Assembly: GCA_963793265.1 (NCBI GenBank)
Contig: CAWBZI010000003.1
Coordinates: 64,069-128,068, forward strand
Source: an uncultured cyanobacterium
GTDB taxonomy: Bacteria; Cyanobacteriota; Cyanobacteriia; Phormidesmidales; Phormidesmidaceae
Reading direction: 5' to 3'
Length of the DNA stretch: 64,000 nucleotides
In this document: positions 29,626-38,986 of the stretch, one piece after another
Layout: each line of letters begins with the position of its first letter
How positions within the stretch are numbered: the first letter of the stretch is position 1
Made by a program: the position numbers and the translations under genes
The notes under the pieces: model-generated
Told to the model about the DNA's origin: nothing
Database searches by the model: none
The model's input: only the letters and a program-made list of their open reading frames with translations

Positions 29626-31449
29626 CTATAAACTCCAATACTGTTTGCTTAATTCCACTTGCCTTGAAATTCGACTATCCACCTCTTGCTGCAATGCCAC
29701 CTGTTCATAAAAAATGTCTGTGACCTCCCCCATTTCCTGCATTGAAGACACTGGCACGGGTAGTGACTTCAGCGATTGAATCGAGATCATAGAGGTCGAT
29801 GCACCATTCGATATCTGCACTAGCAGTGCCTGTCCTGCCTCTGACGCTAAATACATGTACAAATAAACCGGATTTATTACCATCTTTTTAGCTCGTAAGA
29901 TCAGGCAAGACTGGTTAACTAGCCAGCCACCTTTGCCGGGAGATGGCGGGGTTGGAGGTGTGATCGCAACTGCCCCAGTTAGCCCCTTAATCGAAACCAC
30001 AACATCATGTGGTTTCAAGAACAGCAGATCCCGCTGTTTTGTACTGAGCACAATCTTTGAAAAAGCAACCTTTTTTTCTGGATCAGAGAGATATCCGAAC
30101 CGAGGAAAATCAGATGTCATCAGCTCCTTGGCCGGGATGTTTCCATTCTTGTAGATCTTCGCTACAGGTCGAATCGTTTCTACACAATCACCGAGTCTTT
30201 TAACTTTGTAGCGTCCGCCTGGCCGACTTGTGTACGAATGCGCCTTTTGCAGCTCCGCAGAAGGCACATAGCGCAAAACTTCAAGATGGTAGTTGTTTTC
30301 AGCAACTTCTTCAATCGGTACATCCTGAACAATCTCACGCTGAGAACCTTCTTTGTATGCTTTTAACAACAGCTCCCAGTTCGTTAGCGTTGTCCGATTG
30401 CGACCGTCTTTATCAAAGAAATTGTCATTATCTCCTGCTACAAAACGAATCCGTTTTACACCTCCCTCTGGTCTTAGCACCAGAATTGAAAAGGGGAGTT
30501 CGGCACGTGGCAATAGTGCTGATGGCATACTAATTACCGCCTCCAGTATGCCACCCTCAACGAGGTGCTTTCGCAGTTCTAGCTCTGCACCTCGCCCAAC
30601 CAAAAGGCCGTTGTACGCGCCTACAACCACAAGCTTCTGCGAGCAGTTCAGTAAATTAACTAGCGTATGCACACTCGTTGAAGCCGTTTGCCTTTTGAAC
30701 GCTCTGTCATTGAGCGATTGAATAGGCGCTTTAGTAGTCATCTTCCGCCATGGGAGAAATGCGATCGCGCTTTCATGGCGTTGACTCACATCAAACACCT
30801 TTCTCTCAAAATCCCAAGGCTCGCGCATTGAGATACCAAATGCTGTTTGGCTTAGAAGCCGAGTAAGCTTTGGCAATATCGTTTGACGAGAGACTGCTAA
30901 GTGGGCTCTCAGTCCTTCCAATTCTGCAAAAGCTGAAAATCTGGCGTAGTCATCTGACGGGCAATAGACAGATCTGATTTTGTGCGATCGTGCGATCGCA
31001 ACTATCAAGCTCACGACTTCATCCGGCACTGCACCACTATCAACCTCTAACCGTGAACCGTAAACCGATAGCGAAGGCACAAAAGACTCTAACGCTCCAC
31101 TCTCAGCAAGCCGAATAGCGGCACCCCAAGTCTCTACTAATACTGGCAGCGGAATTGTTTTGTACTCATCCGACAGCAAACGTGGCCTGTAAAATCCATG
31201 CTTATCTCCAATCCGCATCGAGTTAACCTCATCGCATAAGCTCTTAGCAAACTGCTGGCTTGACGAAAAACGGTGTTGATATCGCTGCTTCCTTTCTCGG
31301 CCCACGTCACTTATTGAATACTTTCCCAAAGCCAGCATCGACAGCCATAAAACTGTCGCTGACGCTTCTGGAACAAAGGTTCGCAGACTATCGGGCACTT
31401 GTTCCGATCTTTTTAAGTTTTGAATCATATCGATGCGAGCAAAGTTCAC
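29626..31449 (-). CDS. Type I HsdM-like N-6 methylase fold fused to one HsdS-like TRD; catalytic motifs degenerate
   Basis: ELELRKHLVEGGILEAVISMP, EEVAENNYHL..RYV; TRD with LKPHDVVVSIKGLTG, NQSCLILR, PVYLYMYLAS, LKSLPVP. Confidence 0.75.
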   Translation of the reverse strand: MNFARIDMIQNLKRSEQVPDSLRTFVPEASATVLWLSMLALGKYSISDVGRERKQRYQHRFSSSQQFAKSLCDEVNSMRIGDKHGFYRPRLLSDEYKTIPLPVLVETWGAAIRLAESGALESFVPSLSVYGSRLEVDSGAVPDEVVSLIVAIARSHKIRSVYCPSDDYARFSAFAELEGLRAHLAVSRQTILPKLTRLLSQTAFGISMREPWDFERKVFDVSQRHESAIAFLPWRKMTTKAPIQSLNDRAFKRQTASTSVHTLVNLLNCSQKLVVVGAYNGLLVGRGAELELRKHLVEGGILEAVISMPSALLPRAELPFSILVLRPEGGVKRIRFVAGDNDNFFDKDGRNRTTLTNWELLLKAYKEGSQREIVQDVPIEEVAENNYHLEVLRYVPSAELQKAHSYTSRPGGRYKVKRLGDCVETIRPVAKIYKNGNIPAKELMTSDFPRFGYLSDPEKKVAFSKIVLSTKQRDLLFLKPHDVVVSIKGLTGAVAITPPTPPSPGKGGWLVNQSCLILRAKKMVINPVYLYMYLASEAGQALLVQISNGASTSMISIQSLKSLPVPVSSMQEMGEVTDIFYEQVALQQEVDSRISRQVELSKQYWSL

Positions 31450-31723
31450 GCCGTTACCTTTTTGCCTCCTTGTATTGCAATCGTAATGCGAGCACAGAAG
31501 GATACCAACATTTTCACGACGTGACTTTGTACCAGTGTCTACTTTGCTAAGGTTGAATCATTGAAATTTGTGGCGTGACTAGAGCAAATTATTTTATAGA
31601 TGCTGTCGGTAGGGGTATCAGTGAAGAGGGTATCGGTATGATGTACGAGGCTGAATACTTAAAGGGGCGATCAGTACGTCGCTTAGCTAGGAGTAGAACC
31701 TGCTGCTATCAAAACGAGTTCGG

Positions 31724-32500
31724 ATGAAGAGCGAAAAGCAGACACGTATTGAGCTGATTGATCAACTGCTGGCCCAGTCGAGCTGGAACGTCCAAGACCC
31801 TACGCAGGTCGTAGAGGAGTTTGGCATTCTGACTGCTCAATCTGTAAGAGTCGCTGAACCACCAGCGGCTTACCAGGTTCACCAATTCAGCGATTACGTA
31901 TTACTTGGCAAAGATGGCAAATGCCCATTTTGCGGCATTACGGATATGCTCGGGATTTACCACAGCAAGCGAGAAGCCTACGATCACTACCTTCATAAAG
32001 GAATCTACCCCTTTAACTCGATCAATTTTCGTAATCTTGTCCCAGCTTGCCACTACTGCAACAGCAGCTATAAATCTAGTAAGGATCTAGCTTTTACGCC
32101 TAAAGACCCTGCTGGACAGATCCGTCGTCGAAAAGCCTTCTACCCGTACTCTACTTCTAAACACAAAATTGAGATCAGCATCAATTTCAAAAAGCTAGAT
32201 ATTGACTGTCCTATTTCTTCAGATGTTCAACTTACTTTTGGGCCAAATGCTCTCAGTGAAGAGATTGACACTTGGAAAGAGGTTTATAGCATTGAAGAAC
32301 GCTACAAAGCCAAGTGTTGTAGCAACGATGCAAAGGATTGGTTAGAGCAGGTCAGAATTCTTCATGATAAGTGCGGCATCAAACCGAAAAATGCACTTGC
32401 CATTGTTCAAGAGCAAGCTGAAAAAGATCCGATTGCAAATAGTAATTTCTTGAAGACTGCCTTTCTTGAAGGATGTCACCGCATTGGGCTGTGGACTTGA
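31724..32500 (+). CDS. Chimeric ORF: HsdR N-terminus fused in frame to an HNH endonuclease
   Basis: MKSEKQTRIELID...FSDYVLLGKDGK followed directly by CPFCG...YDHYL.K..YP...NLVPACHYCN. Confidence 0.8.
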   Translation: MKSEKQTRIELIDQLLAQSSWNVQDPTQVVEEFGILTAQSVRVAEPPAAYQVHQFSDYVLLGKDGKCPFCGITDMLGIYHSKREAYDHYLHKGIYPFNSINFRNLVPACHYCNSSYKSSKDLAFTPKDPAGQIRRRKAFYPYSTSKHKIEISINFKKLDIDCPISSDVQLTFGPNALSEEIDTWKEVYSIEERYKAKCCSNDAKDWLEQVRILHDKCGIKPKNALAIVQEQAEKDPIANSNFLKTAFLEGCHRIGLWT

Positions 32501-32639
32501 AGATTGATTTGTAGAATGCGCTTTTACGAGCACATTCTAGACTGTAACCATGGACGCGATCGCTCATGAAGGCACAAGGTAGTCGCCAGAATCAGCGATT
32601 GAAGCATAAAATTAGAGCATCACTAATTACGAGGGAGAT

Positions 32640-32837
32640 ATGCCAAAAACACTTTGGGCTACAATTCGCCAAGGAAAGATTGAACTTCTTGAATCAACCG
32701 AGCTTCCAGAGGGAACAAGAGTGCTAGTCACCCTGCTTCCTGATGATGAAACTGGGTTTTGGCTACAAGCAAGTCAAACGTCATTAGATGCAGTCTGGGA
32801 CAACACTGAGGATGATGTGTATGCCCAGCTACTCTAA
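32640..32837 (+). CDS. Putative antitoxin
   Basis: 65 aa with acidic WDNTEDDVY tail; overlaps the downstream PemK-like toxin. Confidence 0.75.
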   Translation: MPKTLWATIRQGKIELLESTELPEGTRVLVTLLPDDETGFWLQASQTSLDAVWDNTEDDVYAQLL

Positions 32838-33150
32838 GCATGACATTGTGTTAGTTCGCTATCCATTTTCGGATTTGTCAAGCTCCAAAGTAAGACCTGC
32901 CGTTGTGGTAAGTTCGCCGCATTCCTCTCAAGACATTCTGGTCACACCTTTAACGAGCAAAACAGGATCGTTGCGTGCGGGAGAGTTTGCGCTTGCTGAA
33001 TGGTCAGCAGCAGGGCTAAACGTAGAGACGGCTGTAAAGCGGGGCGTGTATACAGTACATGAACGTCTGCTGCTAAAAGTGATAGGTAAGCTAGCTGATG
33101 TGGATGCACAGCGGCTAGAGCAATCTTTGAAAGGTTGGCTAGGATTGTAG
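32821..33150 (+). CDS. PemK/MazF family toxin
   Basis: DIVLVRYPFSDLSSSKVRPAVVVS, PLTS. Confidence 0.88.
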   Translation: MPSYSKHDIVLVRYPFSDLSSSKVRPAVVVSSPHSSQDILVTPLTSKTGSLRAGEFALAEWSAAGLNVETAVKRGVYTVHERLLLKVIGKLADVDAQRLEQSLKGWLGL

Positions 33151-33215
33151 TTGTAATACACGCCAGCAGACTAAGTGTGGATGAAAACATGCGTAGACTC
33201 TTGTAAAGAATCACA

Positions 33216-33321
33216 TATAGCAAACGGCGGATTGCATTCGTCGTTTGCTCGTCACTTAGCCTGTTGTAACTCAAGGGTTTTAGCCGAACTCTATGCCGTA
33301 AGCTAAGTGACCAAAGCTATA
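33216..33321. repeat. 106-bp structured dispersed element, copy 1
   Basis: Same length, ends and hairpins as 57871-57976. Confidence 0.8.
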
Positions 33322-33417
33322 GTTCAATCGCAGACGTAAACATTTAATTCAAATGCGTTTAAGCTACTATAAAACGGATTCGAGAAATCAGTGCCATGGT
33401 GCCCCCAACCCTAAATT

Positions 33418-33555
33418 ATGGAAGAGCTTGACGATGATGCAAAATGGAATGCTGCATTTGCTATTTCCCAAGATTCGCTAGCAGATTTAGTGGCTGAGGT
33501 AATGGCTGAATACCATGCGGGTCAGACTCAAGCGTTGAATTCTGAAACATTGTGA
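33418..33555 (+). pseudogene. Remnant antitoxin C-terminus with an overlapping toxin-start stub
   Basis: MEELDDDAKWNAAFAISQDSLADLVAEVMAEYHAGQTQAL*; the TGA overlaps GTG-AAA-CCT-AGA-ACA. Confidence 0.55.
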
Positions 33556-33616
33556 AACCTAGAACAAAGACAAACTATTATCACAAATATAGCTACCGAT
33601 ACGGGCGCTAGTAGCA

Positions 33617-35337
33617 ATGTCAACTTCACCAAAACTATCTACTGAGCCCTGCGTAACGACCTTCGATGAGTTTGTGCAGTTGGCGGATTATTCTCTGATG
33701 GACACGCTAAATGCCGATCCTGATGCCACCGAAGATGGTGACGATCACCGTGCCCGCCAGGTATTTTCGGGTCATTTCGTACCTGTAGCACCCACGCCGC
33801 TTGCAGACCCAGAATATGTAACCCATAGCAGCACTTTCTTTAAAGAACTCGGGTTGAGCGACGAGCTAGCGCTCAATGAAAAATTTCGCCGTGTATTTTC
33901 TGGCGATCTCTCTGCTGCCTATGAGCCCATGCGTCAGGTTGGCTGGGCGACGGGGTATGCACTGTCAATTTACGGCACTGAATATATTCAACAATGTCCA
34001 TTCGGTACGGGTAATGGTTACGGCGATGGTCGGGCGATATCTGTGTTTGAAGGCGTTATCAATGGTCAGCACTGGGAAATGCAATTAAAAGGCGGTGGCC
34101 CGACGCCTTATTGTCGTGGTGCTGACGGGCGCGCAGTACTCCGTTCCAGCGTGCGTGAGTTTTTAGGGCAAGAATATATGCACGCTTTAGGTGTTCCTAC
34201 ATCGCGTTCTTTGACACTGTATGTTTCTAGATCTGAAATCGTAACCCGGCCCTGGTATTCTCAAGACTCCCACGCCATCGATCCTGATATTTTGGTAGAC
34301 AATCCTGTAGCCATTTCGACTCGCGTGGCACCCTCCTTTTTGCGCGTGGGCCAGCTAGAGTTATTTGCGCGCCGCCATCGCAGCAATGCTCATCCAAAAG
34401 CACTAGAAGAGTTGCGCATGGTCGTGTCGCACTTACTTGAGCGAGAATACAAAAGCGACATTAATCAAAGCCTTGATATTGCAGATCAAAGCTACGCAAA
34501 TCAACTGGTTGAGTTAGCTAAGCTATTTCGCCAGCGTCTTACGTCACTGGTGGCCAATTGGCTACGTGTGGGTTATTGCCAGGGTAATTTTAATAGTGAC
34601 AACTGCGCTGCCGGTGGCTTTACCCTCGACTATGGCCCCTTTGGCTTTTGTGAAACTTTTGACCCTTGGTTTCAACCCTGGACTGGCGGTGGCGAACACT
34701 TTTCATTCTTCAATCAGCCAAACGCAGCAGAAGCAAATTATCATATGTTTTGGAAGGCTGTAAGACCGCTACTCGCAGAAGATACTGAAGCTTTAGAACG
34801 TTTCGATCAAATACGCCGTGGCTTTGCAGAAGAGATGCAGGAAGCACATTCAAAAAATGTGGGCAGCCAAACTCGGCTTAACTGAATTTGACCCAAAGCT
34901 ATTTAAGCAGTTAATGCAGCTAATGACTCGCTCCAGAGGCAGATTACACTATTTTCTTCCGCGAGCTATCCCACGTACCAAACGATATCTCAGCATTGAA
35001 AAAGAGCTTCTACGTTGATACTTCACAACAGCTCGATGAACAGTGGCAACATTGGCTAGAAAACTGGCGCGAACTCGTTGCCAAAGAAGGCGGCTTGACT
35101 GAGGTATCAACAAAGATGAAACAAACTAATCCAAAATACGCATGGCGAGAGTGGTTGATTGTTCCTGCCTATCAGCAGGCCATGCAGGGTGACTACACCC
35201 TAGTTAAAGAGTTGCAAGCAGTACTGAGCTATCCATATGATGAGCAGTCACAAGAAGTAGAAGATAAATACTATCGCCTAAAACCCAAAGCATTTTCTAA
35301 CGTTGGCGGCGTGTCACACTACAGTTGTTCATCATGA
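33617..35337 (+). CDS. selO: SelO/YdiU family protein adenylyltransferase, two +1 frameshifts
   Basis: [41 protein letters not shown], terminal SCSS; frame breaks near 34840 and 34933. Confidence 0.88.
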
Positions 35338-35359
35338 TAGGCTATTTGGTTGTAAGCAA

Positions 35360-35851
35360 ATGGCGCAGGAGCACAAACGCATGGACGAAGCAGCCTCTTT
35401 ACGGACAGAAAATGCCCAGACCATCAGTTTAAAAACAGCGGGTGATAGTTTAGGCAAGCTGCGCTCAGTGTGGCAAGCTGCGCTTAGCTCAGCAGAACCT
35501 GATCCAGTTGTGAATATTCGCCATGGGGAGGTTTCAGGAAACGCAGGCTATCGAAAGCATGTTGCGGCGATTCCTCAGCAGGTGGGCTGTCATTTTCATG
35601 CGATTGGTGATGAAGACTATGCGGTGGTAGAAGGGGAAGGCGTTTTGTTTTTTGGCAAGACGACTGACGGGGGGGTGCGATCGCAAGATTGGAGAAATAT
35701 AGCGGTGAGCACAGGCGATAGCTTTGTCATTCCCGAAGGCTACGCGCATCAGCTTTGCAAAACGGGTGAGGGCGACTTGACTATTCTGTTTGGCTGCCCT
35801 GATTCTCATTTGGCAGAGGATAGGTATTTGTTGGCAGATGCGCCTCGATAA
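35360..35851 (+). CDS. Cupin domain protein
   Basis: HFH...EDY.V.EGEG and GD.F.IPEG.AH cupin motifs. Confidence 0.8.
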   Translation: MAQEHKRMDEAASLRTENAQTISLKTAGDSLGKLRSVWQAALSSAEPDPVVNIRHGEVSGNAGYRKHVAAIPQQVGCHFHAIGDEDYAVVEGEGVLFFGKTTDGGVRSQDWRNIAVSTGDSFVIPEGYAHQLCKTGEGDLTILFGCPDSHLAEDRYLLADAPR

Positions 35852-35873
35852 GAGAAAGGGGTGGGGCGATCGC

Positions 35874-35904
35874 AAAAAAGGTTCTCGGTACTATCGAGAA
35901 CCTT
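35874..35904 (-). terminator. Intrinsic terminator on the minus strand, between convergent genes
   Basis: AAAAAAGGTTCTCGGT-ACT-ATCGAGAACCTT. Confidence 0.75.
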
Positions 35905-35999
35905 GGTAATTCACTGAACCTACTTCTTAAACAAAAGCAGCTCTCAAAGTTGAATACTGCAACGAACAGATTAAAGAGAGAAACTTTATTTAGCGGTCT

Positions 36000-36170
36000 T
36001 TAGCGAGCGCGTTGGAGGGAGCGAAAGTTCTCAATCTCACTATCTTGAATCACTTCGCCTTGACGCTCTTGTATAGTGGTGAATCTAAAACCAACAGCGC
36101 TAGCAGCGGGAGCGAAGGTGGCAGCAACAATCGTAGTGAGAACAAATGCGGAGAAGAGTTGACGTTTCAT
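36000..36170 (-). CDS. Small secreted hypothetical protein (about 56 aa)
   Basis: MKRQLFSAFVLTTIVAATFAPAASA signal peptide; AGGA upstream of the ATG. Confidence 0.7.
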   Translation of the reverse strand: MKRQLFSAFVLTTIVAATFAPAASAVGFRFTTIQERQGEVIQDSEIENFRSLQRAR

Positions 36171-36434
36171 AACCGAAATTCCTTGGAGAGGTGAATGTGT
36201 TCGCTTCATTGATTTCATAATGTCATCTGCACCTCTCCGGTGTCTGAAGGTAGATTAAAGGCTCGCTGAGACTTACTCAGGCATCGCATCAGCAAAATGA
36301 CGGGCCGTCCTCAGCGGCTCCTCAGTTTTATATAGCCGCTCAAGATCCTCTCCAAAGGCTCATGCTTTAATAGCGTTGTAGATTCAAGCTATAGCTACCG
36401 TAGAAGATATAAGTCGCACGATATTTGCCTAATC

Positions 36435-36995
36435 ATGATGATTAAAGAAGTTGCTCTTTCAATACCACAGACGATGTTGCAGCGTGGAAAAGCTACGCTG
36501 CCTGAAGCACTAGACCTATTTGATCAGCTAGAGCCCGTAGAGTTGAACTTCATGACCGGCAGATGGCAGGGCTCCGGCTTCCATACCGGGCATCCGATGG
36601 ATGGGCTACTAGAAGTAGCTAACTGGTACGGCAAAGAATTTGTTAATCCAGACTGCGTTCATCCGCTGCTGTTTTCAGATAGCCAGGATCACATCTTCAA
36701 GCTTTTACCTATTCCATCCATGATGAGCATTGGCATGAACCTACCGATTCCTAAAAACGAAGGCATGAAGTCTGTGTTCTCCTTCTTTAACCCGCTGCTA
36801 AAAACAGAAGACCCGCAAGCTAGGCTACGAATGACTGAGTATCGAGGCAAGGTCAGCGCCACGATGATTTATGACCATTTGCCAATTAACGACATTTTTA
36901 GAAAGGTCGATGAGAATACGCTGCTTGGGCTAATGGACTGCAAGGTATCACCGCAGCCGTTTTTCTTTGTGCTTAAAAGGGAGAGTGCTTGCTAG
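36435..36995 (+). CDS. GXWXG / DUF4334 domain protein
   Basis: GRWQG, TGHPMDG, WYGKEF, SATMIYDHLPINDIFRKVD. Confidence 0.88.
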   Translation: MMIKEVALSIPQTMLQRGKATLPEALDLFDQLEPVELNFMTGRWQGSGFHTGHPMDGLLEVANWYGKEFVNPDCVHPLLFSDSQDHIFKLLPIPSMMSIGMNLPIPKNEGMKSVFSFFNPLLKTEDPQARLRMTEYRGKVSATMIYDHLPINDIFRKVDENTLLGLMDCKVSPQPFFFVLKRESAC

Positions 36996-37099
36996 AACAC
37001 GTAGAAGAACGCGCGGAGAATAGACCTCAAGGTATAGGCGTAGATAAAGATAGTTGAGTAATATTAGCCATCCTAAATAGGCGTTCAAACGCCTCCGCC

Positions 37100-38986
37100 A
37101 TGAAGCTACAGGCGAAAGTTTTATCAGGTTACGCAGTTAGCCTAGCGCTTGTCGTTTTGGTGGGGCTGTGGGGCGTTTTTAATCTATGGCGGCTGGGTCA
37201 GGCTAGCGAAAACATTCTGCAAGAGAACTATCGCAGCATTCGCGCTGCCGATAGCATGATTGACGCGCTAGAGCGGCAGGACAGCGCGACGCTGATTTTG
37301 CTTTTAGAAGAGGATGAAACCTCGGGGCGATCGCTATTCCGTGAGTACGAAGTTGTCTTCCTACAGTGGCTCAGCCGCGCTAAAGACAATGTGACGCTGC
37401 CGCAAGAAGCCGAAACTTTAGCTGAGCTAGAGTCGGCTTATCAGAGTTACTTAGTCAGCGTAGATCGGCTGACGGCTGACGCTACAGGTGAGACGGATAC
37501 ATACGAACAGGTTGTGCGCCCGGCATTTCAGGTGGTGCGTGATTCGGCTACGCAACTGCGAGAACTCAATCAGACGGCCATGATTGAAGCCTCAGATTTG
37601 GCAGCGGATACCTCACAGCAGGCCATTATCTCAGTGGCGATCGCGGGCCTGAGTGCCGCTACCATCGGCTTCATTGTGAGCTGGATTCTCTCGCGTAGTT
37701 TGGTGCAGCCGATTAAAGCCATTCGCGGGGCGACTGAGCAAATTGCCAGCGGTAATTATGACGTGCAGCTTGCGATCGCCTCTCAAGACGAACTCGGCCA
37801 GCTTGCCGATGAGGTCAACATCATGAGCCAAAGGCTTCAGGCTTTTAAGGCACTCAATCTCGACAAGCTAGTTGCTGAAAAGCAGCGCAGTGAGGCTATT
37901 ATCTACAGCCTCAGCGACGGCATTATCGTTGTTGATGATCAGCTTCGCATCGTCGCGATTAATCCTGTGGCCGCTATGCTATTTGGCACCAGACCTAATC
38001 TCGCTCAGGGCCGACACTTTTTAGAAATAACAGACAACCGCCCGCTCTACGAACAAATTCAAGCAGTCGTAGAGTCACCTGCACTTACAACAGATCTAGT
38101 CAAAAAAGATACAGAAGAGAAACAGTGTGCCGAACTGACCTTTGAAAGAGGAAGCATTGAGCATTATCAATACTTGGCGACCCCGGTTACGACTGAAGAC
38201 AATCGACGACTGGGCGTTGTGCTGCTGCTGCAAAATGTGACCAACCTCAAACAGCTTGACCAGCTCAAAAGTGAGTTTGTGATGACCGCCTCTCATGAGC
38301 TGCGCACGCCGCTGACGGGTATGGCGATGAGTATCGACCTATTGATAGAGAGCGCAAAGGTAAAACTATCTGAAAATGAACAGGCGCTCTTAGAAACCGC
38401 TCAAGAAGACGTTCAGCGCCTGCGAGAGCTGGTAAACGATCTGTTGGATCTTTCCAAGATTGAGTCTGGAATGGAGATGGATAAGGCGATCGCCCAACCT
38501 CAACAGCTTATTGATAAAGCGATTGCACTGTTGCAAATTCAAGTCGATGAAAAGGGGGTTCAGCTTACGAGTCAAACAGTCGCGAACCTGCCAGAAGTGC
38601 AGGCCGATGCCAACAAAATCACCTGGGTGCTTACGAACCTGATTGCCAACGCCTTACGCTATGCCAAAGAAAAGATCGAGATTACGGCCAAATCTCACGG
38701 CACCTGGATCTCTATTGCCGTGATTGACGATGGCCCTGGCATCGATCCGGCCTATCAAACTAGAATCTTCGATAAGTTTGTGCAGGTCAAAACTGAAAAG
38801 GATGTTGGCGGAACGGGACTGGGATTAGCCATTTGCAAAGAGATTATCAAAGCGCATGGCGGCACGATCTGGGTCGATTCAGCCCCTGGTCATGGCAGTA
38901 CGTTTAGCTTCACGCTCCCAATCGCTGCTTCGGCCAGTGCTTCAATCGCTTCTCCTACCCATTACGAGGATAAAGTCCATGCCTAA
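37100..38986 (+). CDS. Membrane sensor histidine kinase (periplasmic four-helix, HAMP, PAS, HisKA, HATPase)
   Basis: Two TM helices, SHELRTPL, NLIANA, DDGPGI, GTGLGL. Confidence 0.93.
   Translation: MKLQAKVLSGYAVSLALVVLVGLWGVFNLWRLGQASENILQENYRSIRAADSMIDALERQDSATLILLLEEDETSGRSLFREYEVVFLQWLSRAKDNVTLPQEAETLAELESAYQSYLVSVDRLTADATGETDTYEQVVRPAFQVVRDSATQLRELNQTAMIEASDLAADTSQQAIISVAIAGLSAATIGFIVSWILSRSLVQPIKAIRGATEQIASGNYDVQLAIASQDELGQLADEVNIMSQRLQAFKALNLDKLVAEKQRSEAIIYSLSDGIIVVDDQLRIVAINPVAAMLFGTRPNLAQGRHFLEITDNRPLYEQIQAVVESPALTTDLVKKDTEEKQCAELTFERGSIEHYQYLATPVTTEDNRRLGVVLLLQNVTNLKQLDQLKSEFVMTASHELRTPLTGMAMSIDLLIESAKVKLSENEQALLETAQEDVQRLRELVNDLLDLSKIESGMEMDKAIAQPQQLIDKAIALLQIQVDEKGVQLTSQTVANLPEVQADANKITWVLTNLIANALRYAKEKIEITAKSHGTWISIAVIDDGPGIDPAYQTRIFDKFVQVKTEKDVGGTGLGLAICKEIIKAHGGTIWVDSAPGHGSTFSFTLPIAASASASIASPTHYEDKVHA

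Noticed and set aside
31724..33321. Retron (HNH effector plus structured msr-msd-like hairpins)
   Set aside because: No reverse transcriptase in the window, and the hairpin element recurs in an unrelated core locus
33216..33321. Classical integron attC site
   Set aside because: No clear RYYYAAC...GTTRRRY boundaries and no integrase in the window
33617..35337. Programmed frameshifting or selenocysteine in selO
   Set aside because: No slippery heptamers at the breaks; the C-terminus encodes Cys (SCSS); sequencing error is simpler
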